DNA of 64,000 nucleotides from the NCBI RefSeq assembly GCF_035489915.1, contig NZ_DATHIT010001015.1; one strand, 5' to 3'. Origin of the DNA: Pseudonocardia sp. (lineage in GTDB: Bacteria; Actinomycetota; Actinomycetes; Mycobacteriales; Pseudonocardiaceae). The notes under the pieces are model-generated. The model was given only the letters and a program-made list of their open reading frames with translations. It was not told where the DNA came from and made no database searches. Shown here in pieces: positions 10,301 through 21,364 of the stretch (position 1 is the first letter of the stretch; each line of letters starts with the position of its first letter). The translations under genes and the position numbers were made by a program.

Positions 10301-10511
10301 CGTGCGGGCTGGAGTGGGATGCGCGTCAGGCATGATCGTTCATACAATTGTGCAGACGACTTCGGAAATTGACGGCACTCTCGACACTTTCAACGCTCAC
10401 CACCGACGGGATTCCCGCGCGGAGTCCGTCCTTCCGACACTTGTAACGGACTGACAGGGTCGGCATTAGTCAGACCCGCGGCGTAATTTTTGTCGTCTGG
10501 GGTTGATAGTT

Positions 10512-11072
10512 TTATGGGATGTCCAGCTGCGACACGGCCTTAAGGGAGTCCAGGCCGTCAGGCTCGTCGATCTCGATATCCAGCACGGTGCAGAACCGGC
10601 CGATGGACCAATAGAACCCGGCGACCCTGATCAGCTCGACTATCTCGCGAGAACTGAAGGTCTCGCTGACTTCGGCGAAACGTTCGTCGGGCACGCGTGG
10701 CTTATCCACGATCTCGTTCACGAATTTGATGATCAGGTGGTCGCGCGCGCTGAGGGCCTCTGCGGCGAAATCCCTCGACCGAATGGCCTCGCGCGCGGCG
10801 GCGTTCAAACCTACGGCCTCGGAAATCGCGACGTGGTGGATCCACTCGTATTCGCATTCAACCAGTGTCGCCACCGTCAAAATGGTCAGCTCCCGGTCCC
10901 GGTCCGACAGCTCGAGCGCCGTGAACTGAGCCTTGGCCATCTCCAGGAGCGATACAGCGAGTGGCGGCGAGTGGGCGGCCATGTTAGTCACGGACTTTCT
11001 CGGCATTTGGTCCAGCACCGCGCGGACTTCGCTTGACATCGACCCCTCATCGGGATACGGAATACGAGCCAT
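10512..11072 (-). CDS. Carboxymuconolactone decarboxylase-family protein
   Basis: MARIPY, RELTILTVA..C.YEW.HH, EIVEL...GFY. Confidence 0.85.
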   Translation of the reverse strand: MARIPYPDEGSMSSEVRAVLDQMPRKSVTNMAAHSPPLAVSLLEMAKAQFTALELSDRDRELTILTVATLVECEYEWIHHVAISEAVGLNAAAREAIRSRDFAAEALSARDHLIIKFVNEIVDKPRVPDERFAEVSETFSSREIVELIRVAGFYWSIGRFCTVLDIEIDEPDGLDSLKAVSQLDIP

Positions 11073-11099
11073 GCTTCTGCTCCTTTCCTCGGAAGGCCA

Positions 11100-12035
11100 T
11101 CAGTGGAGGCCGGCCATCAGCTCGGCGAGATCATCGGGCTTGATCAATGACGGCGACATCTCCGGGGACCAGCTGTTGGCCACGTCGAGTTCGAAGACGC
11201 CCGGCTGCCAGAGCTGGTCGTCAAGGATCTCGTCCATGTCCGAGTAATACTCAGTGAAGTTTCCCGCAGGGTCGCGGAAGTAGTAGAAGAAGTTCGAGCC
11301 TACGTAGTGCCGTCCCAGACCCCAGACGTGGCGTTCGGGATGGCCCGCCAGGAGGTTCTGGGCGCCCCGACCGATCTCGTCAACGTCGTCGACTTCCCAC
11401 GAGGTGTGGTGCAGGAAATTGACCGGCGCTGCGTTCACCACGACATTGTGGTGATCAGTGGAGCAGCGCATGAAGGTGGCCAAGTCCCCGACGTCGTCAC
11501 TGACCTTGAAGCCGATGCCGTCGGTGAAGAACCGCATCGTGGCCGGCCTGTCGGTCGATCCGATAGAGACGTGCCCAAGCCGGCGCGGGCGCACCGGTTC
11601 GGGCCGCCGTCCGGGCATGGGCCAGGCACGTGTGTTGGCGCGGACGATGTTGCCCGGAGAGTTGTACGCAGGCGTGGGAGTGACTTCCTGCTTGAGGCGG
11701 GAGGTGACCGAGAGGGTCACCTCCAGGCCGGTGATCGGCTCGATAGTCATGAGTTGGTCACCCTCCACACGGCTGGCCACGCCCAAGCGCCGCAGGGACG
11801 ACGCGATGCGTCCGAGATCGTCGCGATCATCCACACCAATGCCGACGGACTGCAGCTTGCGCACCGGTGACTCAACAATTCGCAGTTGCCGGCCGCCGTC
11901 GACGGTGCCGAACCAGTGGTTGTCGTCACCAGGGGTCGGCTCCAGGGGGATGAGCCCGAACTGGGTGTAGTACTCGACGGCCTCTGTGACGTTCGGCATG
12001 CCCAGAGTGATTGCAGTGAGGCGGTGTAGTGACAT
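11100..12035 (-). CDS. VOC-family / extradiol dioxygenase-like protein
   Basis: MSLHRLT, RRLGHV, FMRCSTDHH, LHHTSWEV, WGLGRH..GSNFFYYFRDPAGNFTEY. Confidence 0.88.
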   Translation of the reverse strand: MSLHRLTAITLGMPNVTEAVEYYTQFGLIPLEPTPGDDNHWFGTVDGGRQLRIVESPVRKLQSVGIGVDDRDDLGRIASSLRRLGVASRVEGDQLMTIEPITGLEVTLSVTSRLKQEVTPTPAYNSPGNIVRANTRAWPMPGRRPEPVRPRRLGHVSIGSTDRPATMRFFTDGIGFKVSDDVGDLATFMRCSTDHHNVVVNAAPVNFLHHTSWEVDDVDEIGRGAQNLLAGHPERHVWGLGRHYVGSNFFYYFRDPAGNFTEYYSDMDEILDDQLWQPGVFELDVANSWSPEMSPSLIKPDDLAELMAGLH

Positions 12036-12053
12036 TGGAAGAATCTCCTTCGA

Positions 12054-12899
12054 TCAGGCGGATACGAATCGGTGACGGAGTTCGCCGATGCCTTCGACGG
12101 TGGTGATGAGCTCGTCACCCGGCGCGAGGAAGACCGGGGGGGTGCGGACCAGCCCGACGCCACCGGGTGTGCCGGTGAAAATGACATCGCCAGGCTCGAG
12201 CGTGACGATCTTGGATAGTTCGGCGACCAGCGCAGGAACCGAGAAAACCAGGTCGGAGGTGCGAGCCTTCTGCATCTCCTGGCCGTTGACGGTGCAGCTG
12301 AGTTCGAGGTCGCCCGGATCGGCGAACTCGTCGAGTGTGACCAGCCACGGACCCGAGGGGCTGAAGCCGGGGAACGACTTGCCCAGGCCGATCTGCGGGA
12401 CGGCGCCGCCCTTCATCTGCACAGTCCGCTCGGAGATATCCTGCCCGGCCGTCAGCCCCGCAATGTAGTCCCAGCCCCGCTTGGCCGGGACGTTACGGGC
12501 CCGCTTCCCGACCACCGCGACGAGCTCGGCCTCCCAGTCCACGGTGTCCCCCGCCAGGACGATGTCACCAACCGGCCCAGTGAACGAGGACGGCCACTTC
12601 GTGAACACCATGGGGGACTCGGGGGGCTCGATCCCGCCCTCCGCCGCATGGGATGCGTAGTTCGCGCCGATCGCGAACACCTGGCGCGGCCGGGGTGCGG
12701 GGGCGCCGAGATCCTTCATGGCGAAGGACCTCGACGTCCCAACGTCCCGATGGTCCGCCGCCCACTTGGTGAATTCCTCCCAACGGTCATACACGGCCTG
12801 CGGATCTGAACCGAACTGGCCGTTGCTGGCCTGCTCGATGTCGACCGCTCCCTGATCGGTCAACAAGGTGAGCCGGCTATTAAGGTTGCCGATTCGCAT
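12054..12899 (-). CDS. Fumarylacetoacetate hydrolase-family protein
   Basis: IGANYASHA, DWEAEL, QDISER, GKSF, GDVIFTGTPGGVG. Confidence 0.92.
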   Translation of the reverse strand: MRIGNLNSRLTLLTDQGAVDIEQASNGQFGSDPQAVYDRWEEFTKWAADHRDVGTSRSFAMKDLGAPAPRPRQVFAIGANYASHAAEGGIEPPESPMVFTKWPSSFTGPVGDIVLAGDTVDWEAELVAVVGKRARNVPAKRGWDYIAGLTAGQDISERTVQMKGGAVPQIGLGKSFPGFSPSGPWLVTLDEFADPGDLELSCTVNGQEMQKARTSDLVFSVPALVAELSKIVTLEPGDVIFTGTPGGVGLVRTPPVFLAPGDELITTVEGIGELRHRFVSA

Positions 12900-13160
12900 G
12901 AACGTTCCTCCTGACAGTTAACTGGTGTTGCGAGGATGACAAAGCGCCGACGCCGACGCCGCGAAGCCGTCCGCCTTGAGCCTGCCGATCGCTCCCGACG
13001 AAGCTCCTCGGTGCTTGTGGTCGTGCTCGCTCGGCGAGTGCATCCCGACTGAGTGTCGTTTCGTGCGTGTGGTACCCGCATCAGCCCAGGGATAGTGCGA
13101 GTGGGTAGTCAGCGATGGTCTGACAACGCGGCGAACCGGGTGCTGCCAAGCCGGGCGCGA

Positions 13161-15953
13161 CTAGAGCGGCCGGACGGTGGTCGGGTCGCGGAGGAGGACG
13201 CGGTCGAGCTCGATGCGTGATGCGATGCCGAGTTTGGTGAAAGCCTTGCGGAGGTGGTACTTGACGGTGTTAGGACTGATGAACAGTCGGGTGCCGATCT
13301 CCGCGTTCGAGAGGCCGTCGCGGGCGAGCCACGCGATCTGGGACTCCTGGGCGGTCAGCTCCACGTGGGTCTTGGCGGTGCGTTTGCGGACCGTCTCACC
13401 GGTGGCCAGCAGCTCGCGGCGGGCCCGCTCGGCGAACCCCTCGACGCCCATCGTGTGCAGCATGTCGTGGGCGGTGCGCAGTTGCCCGCGCGCGTCAACT
13501 CGGCGGCGTTCGCGTCGAAGCCACTCGCCGTAGAGGAGATGGGCGCGGGCCAGCTCCACGCGCATGCGGGTCCGGCCGAGGTGCGCGATCGACTCGCGGT
13601 AGAGGTGCTCGGCGACATCGCCCTCGCTGAGCAGCGCGCGCACGCGGGCTTCGATCCCCAGCCCCCAATTGGTCGGTGAAACACGTGCACGTTCGGACAG
13701 CCATTCGAGTGCGGCTCTGACAAGTGGGGCGTCTCCGGTCCTGGACGCCGCCTCGGCCAGCTCGGGCACGATAAATGGCCCGAACCCCATGTGATCGCGC
13801 TCGAAGGCTCGCGAGGCGGCGTCGCGCGCGGCGTCGTGGCGACCGAGGCCGTTGAAGAGCACCGCGCTCGCGTAGGTCGCGAAGCTCGCAAGCCTACCGA
13901 GACCGTGTGCGGTCGCCTCCTGCTCGGTGGCTGCGATCAGCTCCGACGCCGGCGCCTCTTGGCCACGCCACGCCACAAGCATTGTCTCGCCATACGTGGT
14001 CGGAGGATGCCCGGTCGCCTCAGCAATCAGGCGATCTTCTTCGAGCAGCAGCGCAGCCGTTGCCAGGTCGCCGGCGACAATGTGGGTCCAGGCCAGTAGG
14101 TCCAGTGCAAACTGCAGGTGCACGAGCGCGCCCGCGTCGCGGGCGAACCGAACCTGGCAAGCGGCCAGGATATGCCAGGACTCAGCGTCCCAAAGCTCAG
14201 GGGCGATAATGTCGCCGGCCTTCGAACCGGCGAGCCAGAGCCAATGATTGACTTCGTTGGTACCGACCGGGGGAACGAGGCACAGCTCGAGTGCTCGGGT
14301 CAGGGTCGGCGCGGCCACTGCGTAACCCTCGGTCAACCGCACGGCGAACGCGTCGAGCACGACGTCAACAACCCGCGGCGGGTCGGGACCGGGGGGCGCA
14401 GCGCGCGCGGCCTCAGCGGCCTCCAGCACGCCGCGCGGACCGTCCAGGTTGCTGGCCCACAGCGCCGCGCCGAGCGCCTCGAGGTGCGTCTCCCGTGCGG
14501 AGTCGGGGTTGAGCGTCTCGAGATGTCTGGCCGCGCCGAGGAGCAACCCCACGGCGTCGCTGCTACGTCGCTGGTCAAAGGCGATCTGTCCGCGCAGGTG
14601 CTGCACCTCCGCAGTCCGCAGGGCGTCAAGCGGTCCTGCCTCGACCGCAACCAACAGCCCGAGTGCCGCATCGAGTGCGCCGGCGTCGCGCTTCGACCGG
14701 GCCGCCTCGAGCAGGCGCTGGGCACGACGAGCAGGTTCGGGCGTCAGCATCGCCGCGCGCTCGAGGAACGCGGCCGCCGCAGCCAAGCCCCCCCGTGCCT
14801 GCGCCCGTTCGGCCGAACGGGCGAGCTCCTCGGCGACGTCCTCGTCGGGCCGGGGCGCGGCCTGGGCCCGATGCCAGGCACGGCGATCAGGATCTCTCGC
14901 TGGATCAGTGACCTCCCCGAGGGCGCGGTGCACCTCCTGTCGCTCCGAGAGTGACGCCGAGCGGTAGGCCGCCGAGCGCACCAGCGGATGCCGAAACCGC
15001 ACCCGGGCACCGAACTCGAGCAACCCGGCCTCGGCTGCAGGCGCCGCAGCCTCAGCCCGGATCCCGAGCCGATCAGCAGCGCGCCACACCAGCAGCGGTT
15101 CGCCGACGGGATCGGCCGCCGCGAGCTGCAGCAGCCGCCTGGTCTCGTCCGGAAGAGCATCGAGCCGCCGCCGGAAACCTTCCTCAATCCGCACCGAGAC
15201 CGACATCGTGCCGGGGAGCCCGAACCCGCCGGCTAATTCCGCCGGCGTCCACCCCCGCGGCAGCTCCAACAGCGCCAACGGATTACCCCGCGCCTCACTC
15301 ACGATCTGATCCCGGACCCGCGCGTCCAGAGGCCCGGCGATTTCCGCGTCCAGCAGCGCCCGCGCATCGTCCTCGGGCAAACCCTCAACCTCCAACTCCG
15401 GCAAGCCCGCCAACTCGTCGCGGGCTCCGCGCGCTGCGAAGATCAGGCCGACCGACTCCGCCTCGAGGCGGCGCGCCACGAACGCGAGCACATGCGCCGA
15501 AGCGCCGTCGAGCCACTGCTCGTCGTCCACCATGCACATCAGCGGCTGCTTCTCGGCCACATCCGAGAGCAGCCCCAGCACGGCCAGAGCGACAAAGAAC
15601 CGATCCGGGGCCGCGCCGGGGCTGATTCCGAACACTGTCCGCAGCGCATCCCGCTGCGGCACCGGAAGCCGCTCGAGCCGATCCAACATCGGCGTCAACA
15701 GCTGATGCAACCCGGCGAAGTCCAGCTCCATCTCCGACTGCACACCCGCAGCGCGCACCACGCGGCAGCCCGACGCCTGCCCGACCACGTACTCCAGCAG
15801 CGCCGTCTTGCCCACGCCCGGCTCGCCACGCACCACCAGCGCCCGACTCTCACCCGCCCGAACAGCCTCAAGAAGCCGATCGAGCACGCCACGCTCGCTG
15901 CGCCGACCCTTCAAGTCTGCCGCGCGCCCTCGGAAGCGGGATCGTGTGGTCAT
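13161..15953 (-). CDS. LAL-type large ATP-binding LuxR regulator
   Basis: Walker A GEPGVGKT, GNPLALLEL, FRHPLVRSA, C-terminal LTAQE...SNAEIG..LFISPNTVKYHL HTH. Confidence 0.92.
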   Translation of the reverse strand: MTTRSRFRGRAADLKGRRSERGVLDRLLEAVRAGESRALVVRGEPGVGKTALLEYVVGQASGCRVVRAAGVQSEMELDFAGLHQLLTPMLDRLERLPVPQRDALRTVFGISPGAAPDRFFVALAVLGLLSDVAEKQPLMCMVDDEQWLDGASAHVLAFVARRLEAESVGLIFAARGARDELAGLPELEVEGLPEDDARALLDAEIAGPLDARVRDQIVSEARGNPLALLELPRGWTPAELAGGFGLPGTMSVSVRIEEGFRRRLDALPDETRRLLQLAAADPVGEPLLVWRAADRLGIRAEAAAPAAEAGLLEFGARVRFRHPLVRSAAYRSASLSERQEVHRALGEVTDPARDPDRRAWHRAQAAPRPDEDVAEELARSAERAQARGGLAAAAAFLERAAMLTPEPARRAQRLLEAARSKRDAGALDAALGLLVAVEAGPLDALRTAEVQHLRGQIAFDQRRSSDAVGLLLGAARHLETLNPDSARETHLEALGAALWASNLDGPRGVLEAAEAARAAPPGPDPPRVVDVVLDAFAVRLTEGYAVAAPTLTRALELCLVPPVGTNEVNHWLWLAGSKAGDIIAPELWDAESWHILAACQVRFARDAGALVHLQFALDLLAWTHIVAGDLATAALLLEEDRLIAEATGHPPTTYGETMLVAWRGQEAPASELIAATEQEATAHGLGRLASFATYASAVLFNGLGRHDAARDAASRAFERDHMGFGPFIVPELAEAASRTGDAPLVRAALEWLSERARVSPTNWGLGIEARVRALLSEGDVAEHLYRESIAHLGRTRMRVELARAHLLYGEWLRRERRRVDARGQLRTAHDMLHTMGVEGFAERARRELLATGETVRKRTAKTHVELTAQESQIAWLARDGLSNAEIGTRLFISPNTVKYHLRKAFTKLGIASRIELDRVLLRDPTTVRPL

Positions 15954-16469
15954 AGGGACTACGGACGCTACACGCCCACCGACCGGCTGGTCCTGTCCGG
16001 AAGATCGTGTGTGGGCGGTGATCGCTTCTTCAATGTGAACGCGGATCAGCGGAACAAACCAGCGTCGACGTCCGGTTGCCTGCCCAGCAGGCCATCGTGT
16101 ATCGCCTCGTCTCGTGCTGGCGGGCCATCAGTCGCGATGCCTTCCTGCTGCCTCAGCCGCGACCCAACGATGCAGTTGTTCTGAGGTGGACCACCACCCC
16201 GGAAGCCACGTTGGTGATGTCGTAGGTCGCGCCGATGCAGGTGACGTCCAGATTCATCATCGACCTTCAGCGAAGCTAACCCGGCTGTTGCAGCAAGAGT
16301 GTGATGTTGATGGCCCGCCACCGGGCTTGAATGCGCGAAAGTGCCTGCTCAGGGCGGTTGGATTGAACACCTCGGCGGGCTCGGCCGCCACCGTTGCGCC
16401 GGCGCTACCTCATCGCCTGGACCCGAACGGACGGTGCTCACCGCGGACGGGGCCGCACGGGGGGGAGGC

Positions 16470-16545
16470 CACCAGGCCGCTGCGCGACCCGATGCCAACC
16501 TTGCGGCCGAGGTTCTCCACGTGCTTCTCCACCATCCGCAGCTTC
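16470..16545 (-). pseudogene. Possible LuxR HTH C-terminal fragment
   Basis: RMVEKHVENLGRKVGIGSRS resembles the RTVEKHV..I.RK.G..SR LuxR motif; no intact ORF context. Confidence 0.35.
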
Positions 16546-17030
16546 CACCACGTCGTCACGCTCTCGTCGCTCGACTCAGCAGAGCGCGAGATGAACGCCC
16601 GGTTCGTCAGGTGTTGGAGATCCCAAACCAAATTTGGATCGTAGTCGGCTCCTATCGGCTCGTTGCCTTACCGCACCGCTCCTAAAGTGGAGATCGACCA
16701 GGGCTACGCAGTCGCTGTCCGGCTACGTGCTCGGTGCACTACGAACCTGGGAGATGGCCTGATCGACAACATCCAGCGGCCGTCCACCCCGTGACCTGGC
16801 GCGATGTGGTCGAGTCCGAGTTGTTCGTGCGCCGAGGGCTGCGATTGTGCGCCCACCAGAACGACGCGGAGATCGACGTCGTGCGAACGCCCGCCATCTA
16901 CTCCGGATTCAACTCCACAGTCACGGCTGATATCCCCGCGGCCGGCGACACGACTCGATGCTCTTCGGGCGGACACAAGAAGGTCAGAGCACACGCGTGA
17001 CAATGAATATCTGGTGGGTGGAGGCGACGA

Positions 17031-18209
17031 ATGACTGCTGACCTTTGGGAGCGCCGTGATCTGTTCGACGGCGAGCACGAGACATTCCGCGCGAGTGTGC
17101 GGGAGTTTCTGGCTCGCCATGTCGTGGACAACATCGAGAATTGGGACAAGCAGGGGGACGTGCCCCGCGAGGTCTGGCTCGCCGCTGGCGAGCAGGGCTT
17201 TATCGGGCTCAATGTCCCCGAGCAGTATGGCGGTGGCGGCACCGAGGACTATCGCTTTCGGGTAGCCATGATCGAGGAGTTCGCGCGCGCTTCCGCGACG
17301 TCGCTGGCAGCGGGCTTCGCGGCCCAAACCGACATCGTGCTGCCCTATGTGTTCGACTTCGCGACGCCGCAGCAGGGCAAACGCTGGCTGCCGAAACTGG
17401 CCACCGGTGAGTACATCGGCGCCATCGCCATGACCGAGCCTGGCACGGGTTCGGACTTGCAGGGCATCACCACCACCGCCAAGCGTGCCGGAGGCGAGTG
17501 GGTGCTCAACGGTGCAAAGACCTTCATCACGAATGGAATTCACGCCGACCTCGTTGTAGTCGTCGCGCGAACCGCCACTAACCCGACGGCCGGAAGCACC
17601 GCGTTCAGCCTTTTCGTCGTCGAAGAGGGGATGGCTGGGTTCAGCCGTGGCCGCAAGTTGGACAAGGTCGGGCTGAGGTCGCAAGACACGGCCGAACTCT
17701 TCTTTGATGACGTTCGCCTCAGCGATGACCATCTACTCGGGGACGAGGGGAGGGGCCTACCCGCCCTCATGTCGCATCTTCCGCTCGAACGGCTGAGCAT
17801 CGCGGTCACCGCCTGTGCGGGCGCTCGAGCTGCGCTGTCCTGGACCGTGGACTACGTCACTGAGCGGAAGGTATTCGGTCAGCCGATTGCACAGTTCCAG
17901 AACACACAGTTTGCCGTTGCCGAGATGGTGACCGAGCTCGACGTGACACAGGCCTACGTCGATAACGCGGTGCTCAAGCTCAACCGAGGCGCCCTTGACC
18001 CGGTGGACGCGGCGAAGGCCAAATGGTGGGCTACCGAGATGCACAAGCGAGTCGTCGACCGCTGTCTCCAGTTCTTCGGTGGTTATGGCTACATGCTCGA
18101 GTACCCCATCGCTCGCGCTTACGCTGACACCCGCATCACCACCATTTTCGGAGGCACTACAGAAATCATGAAGGTTCTCATTGCTCGCTCCGTGTTGAGG
18201 GTTCGATGA
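17031..18209 (+). CDS. Acyl-CoA dehydrogenase (LCAD-like)
   Basis: AIAMTEPGTGSDL, GAKTFITNG, FGQPIAQFQ, GGYGYMLEYPIAR, IFGGTTEIMK. Confidence 0.93.
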   Translation: MTADLWERRDLFDGEHETFRASVREFLARHVVDNIENWDKQGDVPREVWLAAGEQGFIGLNVPEQYGGGGTEDYRFRVAMIEEFARASATSLAAGFAAQTDIVLPYVFDFATPQQGKRWLPKLATGEYIGAIAMTEPGTGSDLQGITTTAKRAGGEWVLNGAKTFITNGIHADLVVVVARTATNPTAGSTAFSLFVVEEGMAGFSRGRKLDKVGLRSQDTAELFFDDVRLSDDHLLGDEGRGLPALMSHLPLERLSIAVTACAGARAALSWTVDYVTERKVFGQPIAQFQNTQFAVAEMVTELDVTQAYVDNAVLKLNRGALDPVDAAKAKWWATEMHKRVVDRCLQFFGGYGYMLEYPIARAYADTRITTIFGGTTEIMKVLIARSVLRVR

Positions 18210-18328
18210 GGGCGGCAACGCGCACGACGCCGACCGAGCGGGCGGCGTTGTACGAGGTTCGCGACGGTATCGGACTTATCACGTCGAACCGCCCGGCTTC
18301 CCGACACGTCCACAGCATCTGCTCATAG
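18206..18328 (+). pseudogene. Truncated enoyl-CoA hydratase N-terminus
   Basis: ATGA-coupled ORF MRAATRTTPTERAALYEVRDGIGLITSNRP.. has a crotonase-type start (ITLNRP) and stops after 40 aa. Confidence 0.55.
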
Positions 18329-18354
18329 CGGTCCTTACCTTGCAGGAGTCGTAC

Positions 18355-19116
18355 GTGAACCCTTTGGATGCCTTTCGCCTCGATGATCGAGTAGTGGTCC
18401 TTACCGGGGCAAGTTCCGGCCTCGGAGTCGGTTTCGCGCGCGCCTTGAGCGCGGTGGGCGCACATCTCGTGTTGGCTGCTCGCCGTGGGGACCGGCTCGA
18501 GAAGCTCGCCGCTGAGCTGGGGAGCGCGGGCAGGCGCGTAATCACGCAGACCGCGAACGTCAGTGTTCCAGCGGAGTGTCGAGCCGTCGCACAACGCGCG
18601 GTTGAGGAGTTCGGCCGCATCGACGTGCTGATCAACAACGCCGGCGTCGGAGGGTCCGTGCCCGCGTCGCACGAGACACAGGAGTCGTTTGCAAGGGTGA
18701 TCGACGTGAACCTGTCCGGCACGTTCTGGATGGCACAGGCGTGCGCGCCCGCGATGCGTCCGGGTTCCTCGATCGTCAATGTCTCGAGTGTGCTCGGGCT
18801 CGTCGGTCCCAGGTTCCCGCAAGCGTCGTACGCCGCCAGTAAGGCCGGCGTCCTCGGCCTCACACGCGACCTCGCGCAGGAGTGGTCTGGACGAAAAGGG
18901 ATCCGCGTCAACGCCCTGTGCCCGGGCTTCTTCGCGAGCGAGATGACCGCCGACGGAGAGGACGCGCTTCGGGACATGGTCGCCACGCACAGCATCCTCG
19001 GGCGTTTCGGCGAACAGCGAGAACTCGACAGTGCGTTGCTGTTCCTTGCTTCGCCCGCTTCCTCCTACGTCACCGGGACAACACTCACCGTGGACGGCGG
19101 GCTCAGCGCGGTATAG
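18355..19116 (+). CDS. Short-chain dehydrogenase/reductase
   Basis: TGASSGLG, NNAG, YAASK, IRVNALCPG, VDGG; AGGAG before GTG 18355. Confidence 0.92.
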   Translation: MNPLDAFRLDDRVVVLTGASSGLGVGFARALSAVGAHLVLAARRGDRLEKLAAELGSAGRRVITQTANVSVPAECRAVAQRAVEEFGRIDVLINNAGVGGSVPASHETQESFARVIDVNLSGTFWMAQACAPAMRPGSSIVNVSSVLGLVGPRFPQASYAASKAGVLGLTRDLAQEWSGRKGIRVNALCPGFFASEMTADGEDALRDMVATHSILGRFGEQRELDSALLFLASPASSYVTGTTLTVDGGLSAV

Positions 19117-19259
19117 AGCTACGCCCACGTCGACCGTCAAACACAAGGATACGAATGCAGAGCGAGCGACTCTTGCCAGACGGTGCGCCCGTTGTACTTG
19201 GCATGAGCGTGCATCGTCGAGCAGGTGGGGAAGGAGGTCCAGGGTCGAGGTAGGGGCTC

Positions 19260-19800
19260 ACAGGTCGCGTGTCTTTCTTCGGACAGTCCAGCTTCGCCAC
19301 GTATGCGCTGGTGACGCCTCGGAACCTGATCATCGTAAACGAAGATGTCGACGTCGTCGCCGCCGCGCCGTTCGGGTGCAGCATGTAGACGGGCGCCGGA
19401 GCCGTAGTCGACGTGCTGCAATCGGACAGCTCGGCACGGATTGTTGTTCTCGGCGCCGGCGGGGTGGAATGGCCGCGATCATGGCCGCCGCGTGGGCGCT
19501 CGGAATGGAGACGATTTGCCGTCGACCTCAACGCAGCGCTGCTCAACGCGGCGAGTGTCGCTGGGCGCAAGCACGGTGCGGCGCCCGATGCCGTTAAGGA
19601 GGTGCGCTCGGCAACGGGTGGTGGCGCCACCCACGCACTCGACACCACCCGCGGTGCCTGCGGTCATCACCGCGGCAAGCGACACGCTGGCGCCACGCGG
19701 GGAACTCGTCCCTCGTAGGCCCGGGAACGATCAAACTCGAGAACGACGCGACAAGGTTGCTGGCCGGCGGCAGTACAATTCGGGCTGCATCGAAGGCATG
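19260..19800 (+). pseudogene. Zn-dependent aryl-alcohol dehydrogenase remnant
   Basis: FFGQSSFATYALV...APFGCSM*TGAGAV..LGAGGV, AVDLN, ATGGGATHALDTT, GCIEG. In-frame stop at 19386, frameshifts, no N-terminus. Confidence 0.8.
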
Positions 19801-20146
19801 CCTGCGTCCGCAGACCCGTCGGCTGCGGATACTGCTGCCGGCAACGCCATAAAACCGGTCCTGGTTCTCGACCCGATGGCTTGAGACACAAGCCATCGGG
19901 CGCAGGGGCGGGGCTACGAAGCGCGCTCGCCGACCTCGGGCGACAGAACGGAAGCGCGTCAGGCTGCCACCGGCCGCGTTGGCCCGAACACCGGGGGGCA
20001 TGTCGAGGTAGACCCGGTCCATCGCTCGCTGCGCTGAGCTGGACATCGACGCCCGCGACGATGCCACCACGGCACGCTCCACACGCTGTGACGGCTCGCC
20101 CGCCGAATCCAGTACCTCGCCGACGGCAGTCGAAGGGGCGGAGTCG

Positions 20147-21252
20147 TCACAGCAGCTCCTCCGCCACGGTGACGTGCTTCGACCGCAGGTATTCGCCGAC
20201 GGACTTGCCAACCTGGTCGACCCGCAGGTTCGACGACCCGCCCGTGCCCAGGAGCCCCTTGAGCACCATGTGCACGGCGCGCAGGTGCGGGAACTCGTGC
20301 CGGACGATATCGCAGTCTTCGGCCTCGGGCAGGAGCTTCCGGATCGCCGAGATGCTCAGCGTGGATCGCAGCCACTCCCAGTGCCGGGGATCGGGGGCCC
20401 AGACACCGACGTTGGAGTTACCGCACTTGTCTCCGGCGCGGGCGTAGGTGAGCGTGCCGAGCGGCATCCGGCGCCCGGACGCGGTGGCCTCGGGGGCTCC
20501 GGCGACCGGCCTTGCGCGAGCTCCTCGGGGGTGGCCCAGCACGACGACATCGGCGCCTCGATCCGGGTGCCGTCGGGCAGCACGGCCGTGTTCGGCACCA
20601 GCTCGGCGGGCAGCAGCGCCGGCCAGTAGTCGATCCGCGGCCACGGGTTGCGGATTGGCTGGGCGCCGCCGTCGTGGTGGAAGCCCACGCGAAGCTGGTC
20701 GCGCAGCAGCGCGACCTTCTCGGCGACGTTCGGCGAGGTGCAGAACAGCATCTGCGAGATCTGCCAGCCGATCTGTGCGAACACCGCCACCTTCGCGGTG
20801 CCTGGAGGCGGCGATCCGGTGACGGGCGCGATCGCCACCCGGTCCGTGCCCACTTGGCTGAGCTGGACGGTGTCGAGGTGCACCGTGGCGTCGGGGTTGA
20901 GGTAGCGCGGGCCCTGGATCTCGTAGACCAGCTGGGCGGTCACGGTGTCGACGGTGACCATGCCTCCGTCGCGGGTGTGCTTGGTGATCACCGACGAGCC
21001 GTCCGCGGCGATCTCGGCGATCGGGAAGCCGCACCGCAGCATGCCGGGGACCTGGGTGAAACCGGAGAAGTTGCCGCCGGTCGCGTGCGACGTGCCCGGC
21101 GGTGATCGCCCCGGCGAGCGGCCCCCAGTCGTCAGGCGTCGACCCGTGCGACCACGCGGCCGGCCCGGCGGCCGCGAGGTCCTCCCGCAGCGCTGACGCC
21201 AGCCCGCCGGCTTGCCGGAGAAGTTCGCAATCCGCACCGATCGTCCGTTCAC
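20147..21252 (-). pseudogene. Acyclic terpene utilization AtuA-family (DUF1446) remnant
   Basis: VRIANFSG, ATGGNFSGF, GFPIAEIAADGS, VTAQLVYEIQGPRYLNPD, YARAGDK.GN.NVG, LRVDQVGK spread over different frames with deletions. Confidence 0.82.
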
Positions 21253-21364
21253 AAGGACCGACGCAAGCAGATCCGGCCGACATCGTGGGACATCTGGCTG
21301 TCGTCCGCGACGGTGTTCCGTGGATCCTCGACACCATAGCGAGCGGATTCAATGAGGAGCTGAT

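Noticed and set aside
16701-16717. GGGCTAC-GCA-GTCGCTG as an additional operator
   Set aside because: The spacer is 3 nt rather than 5 and the arms are weak.
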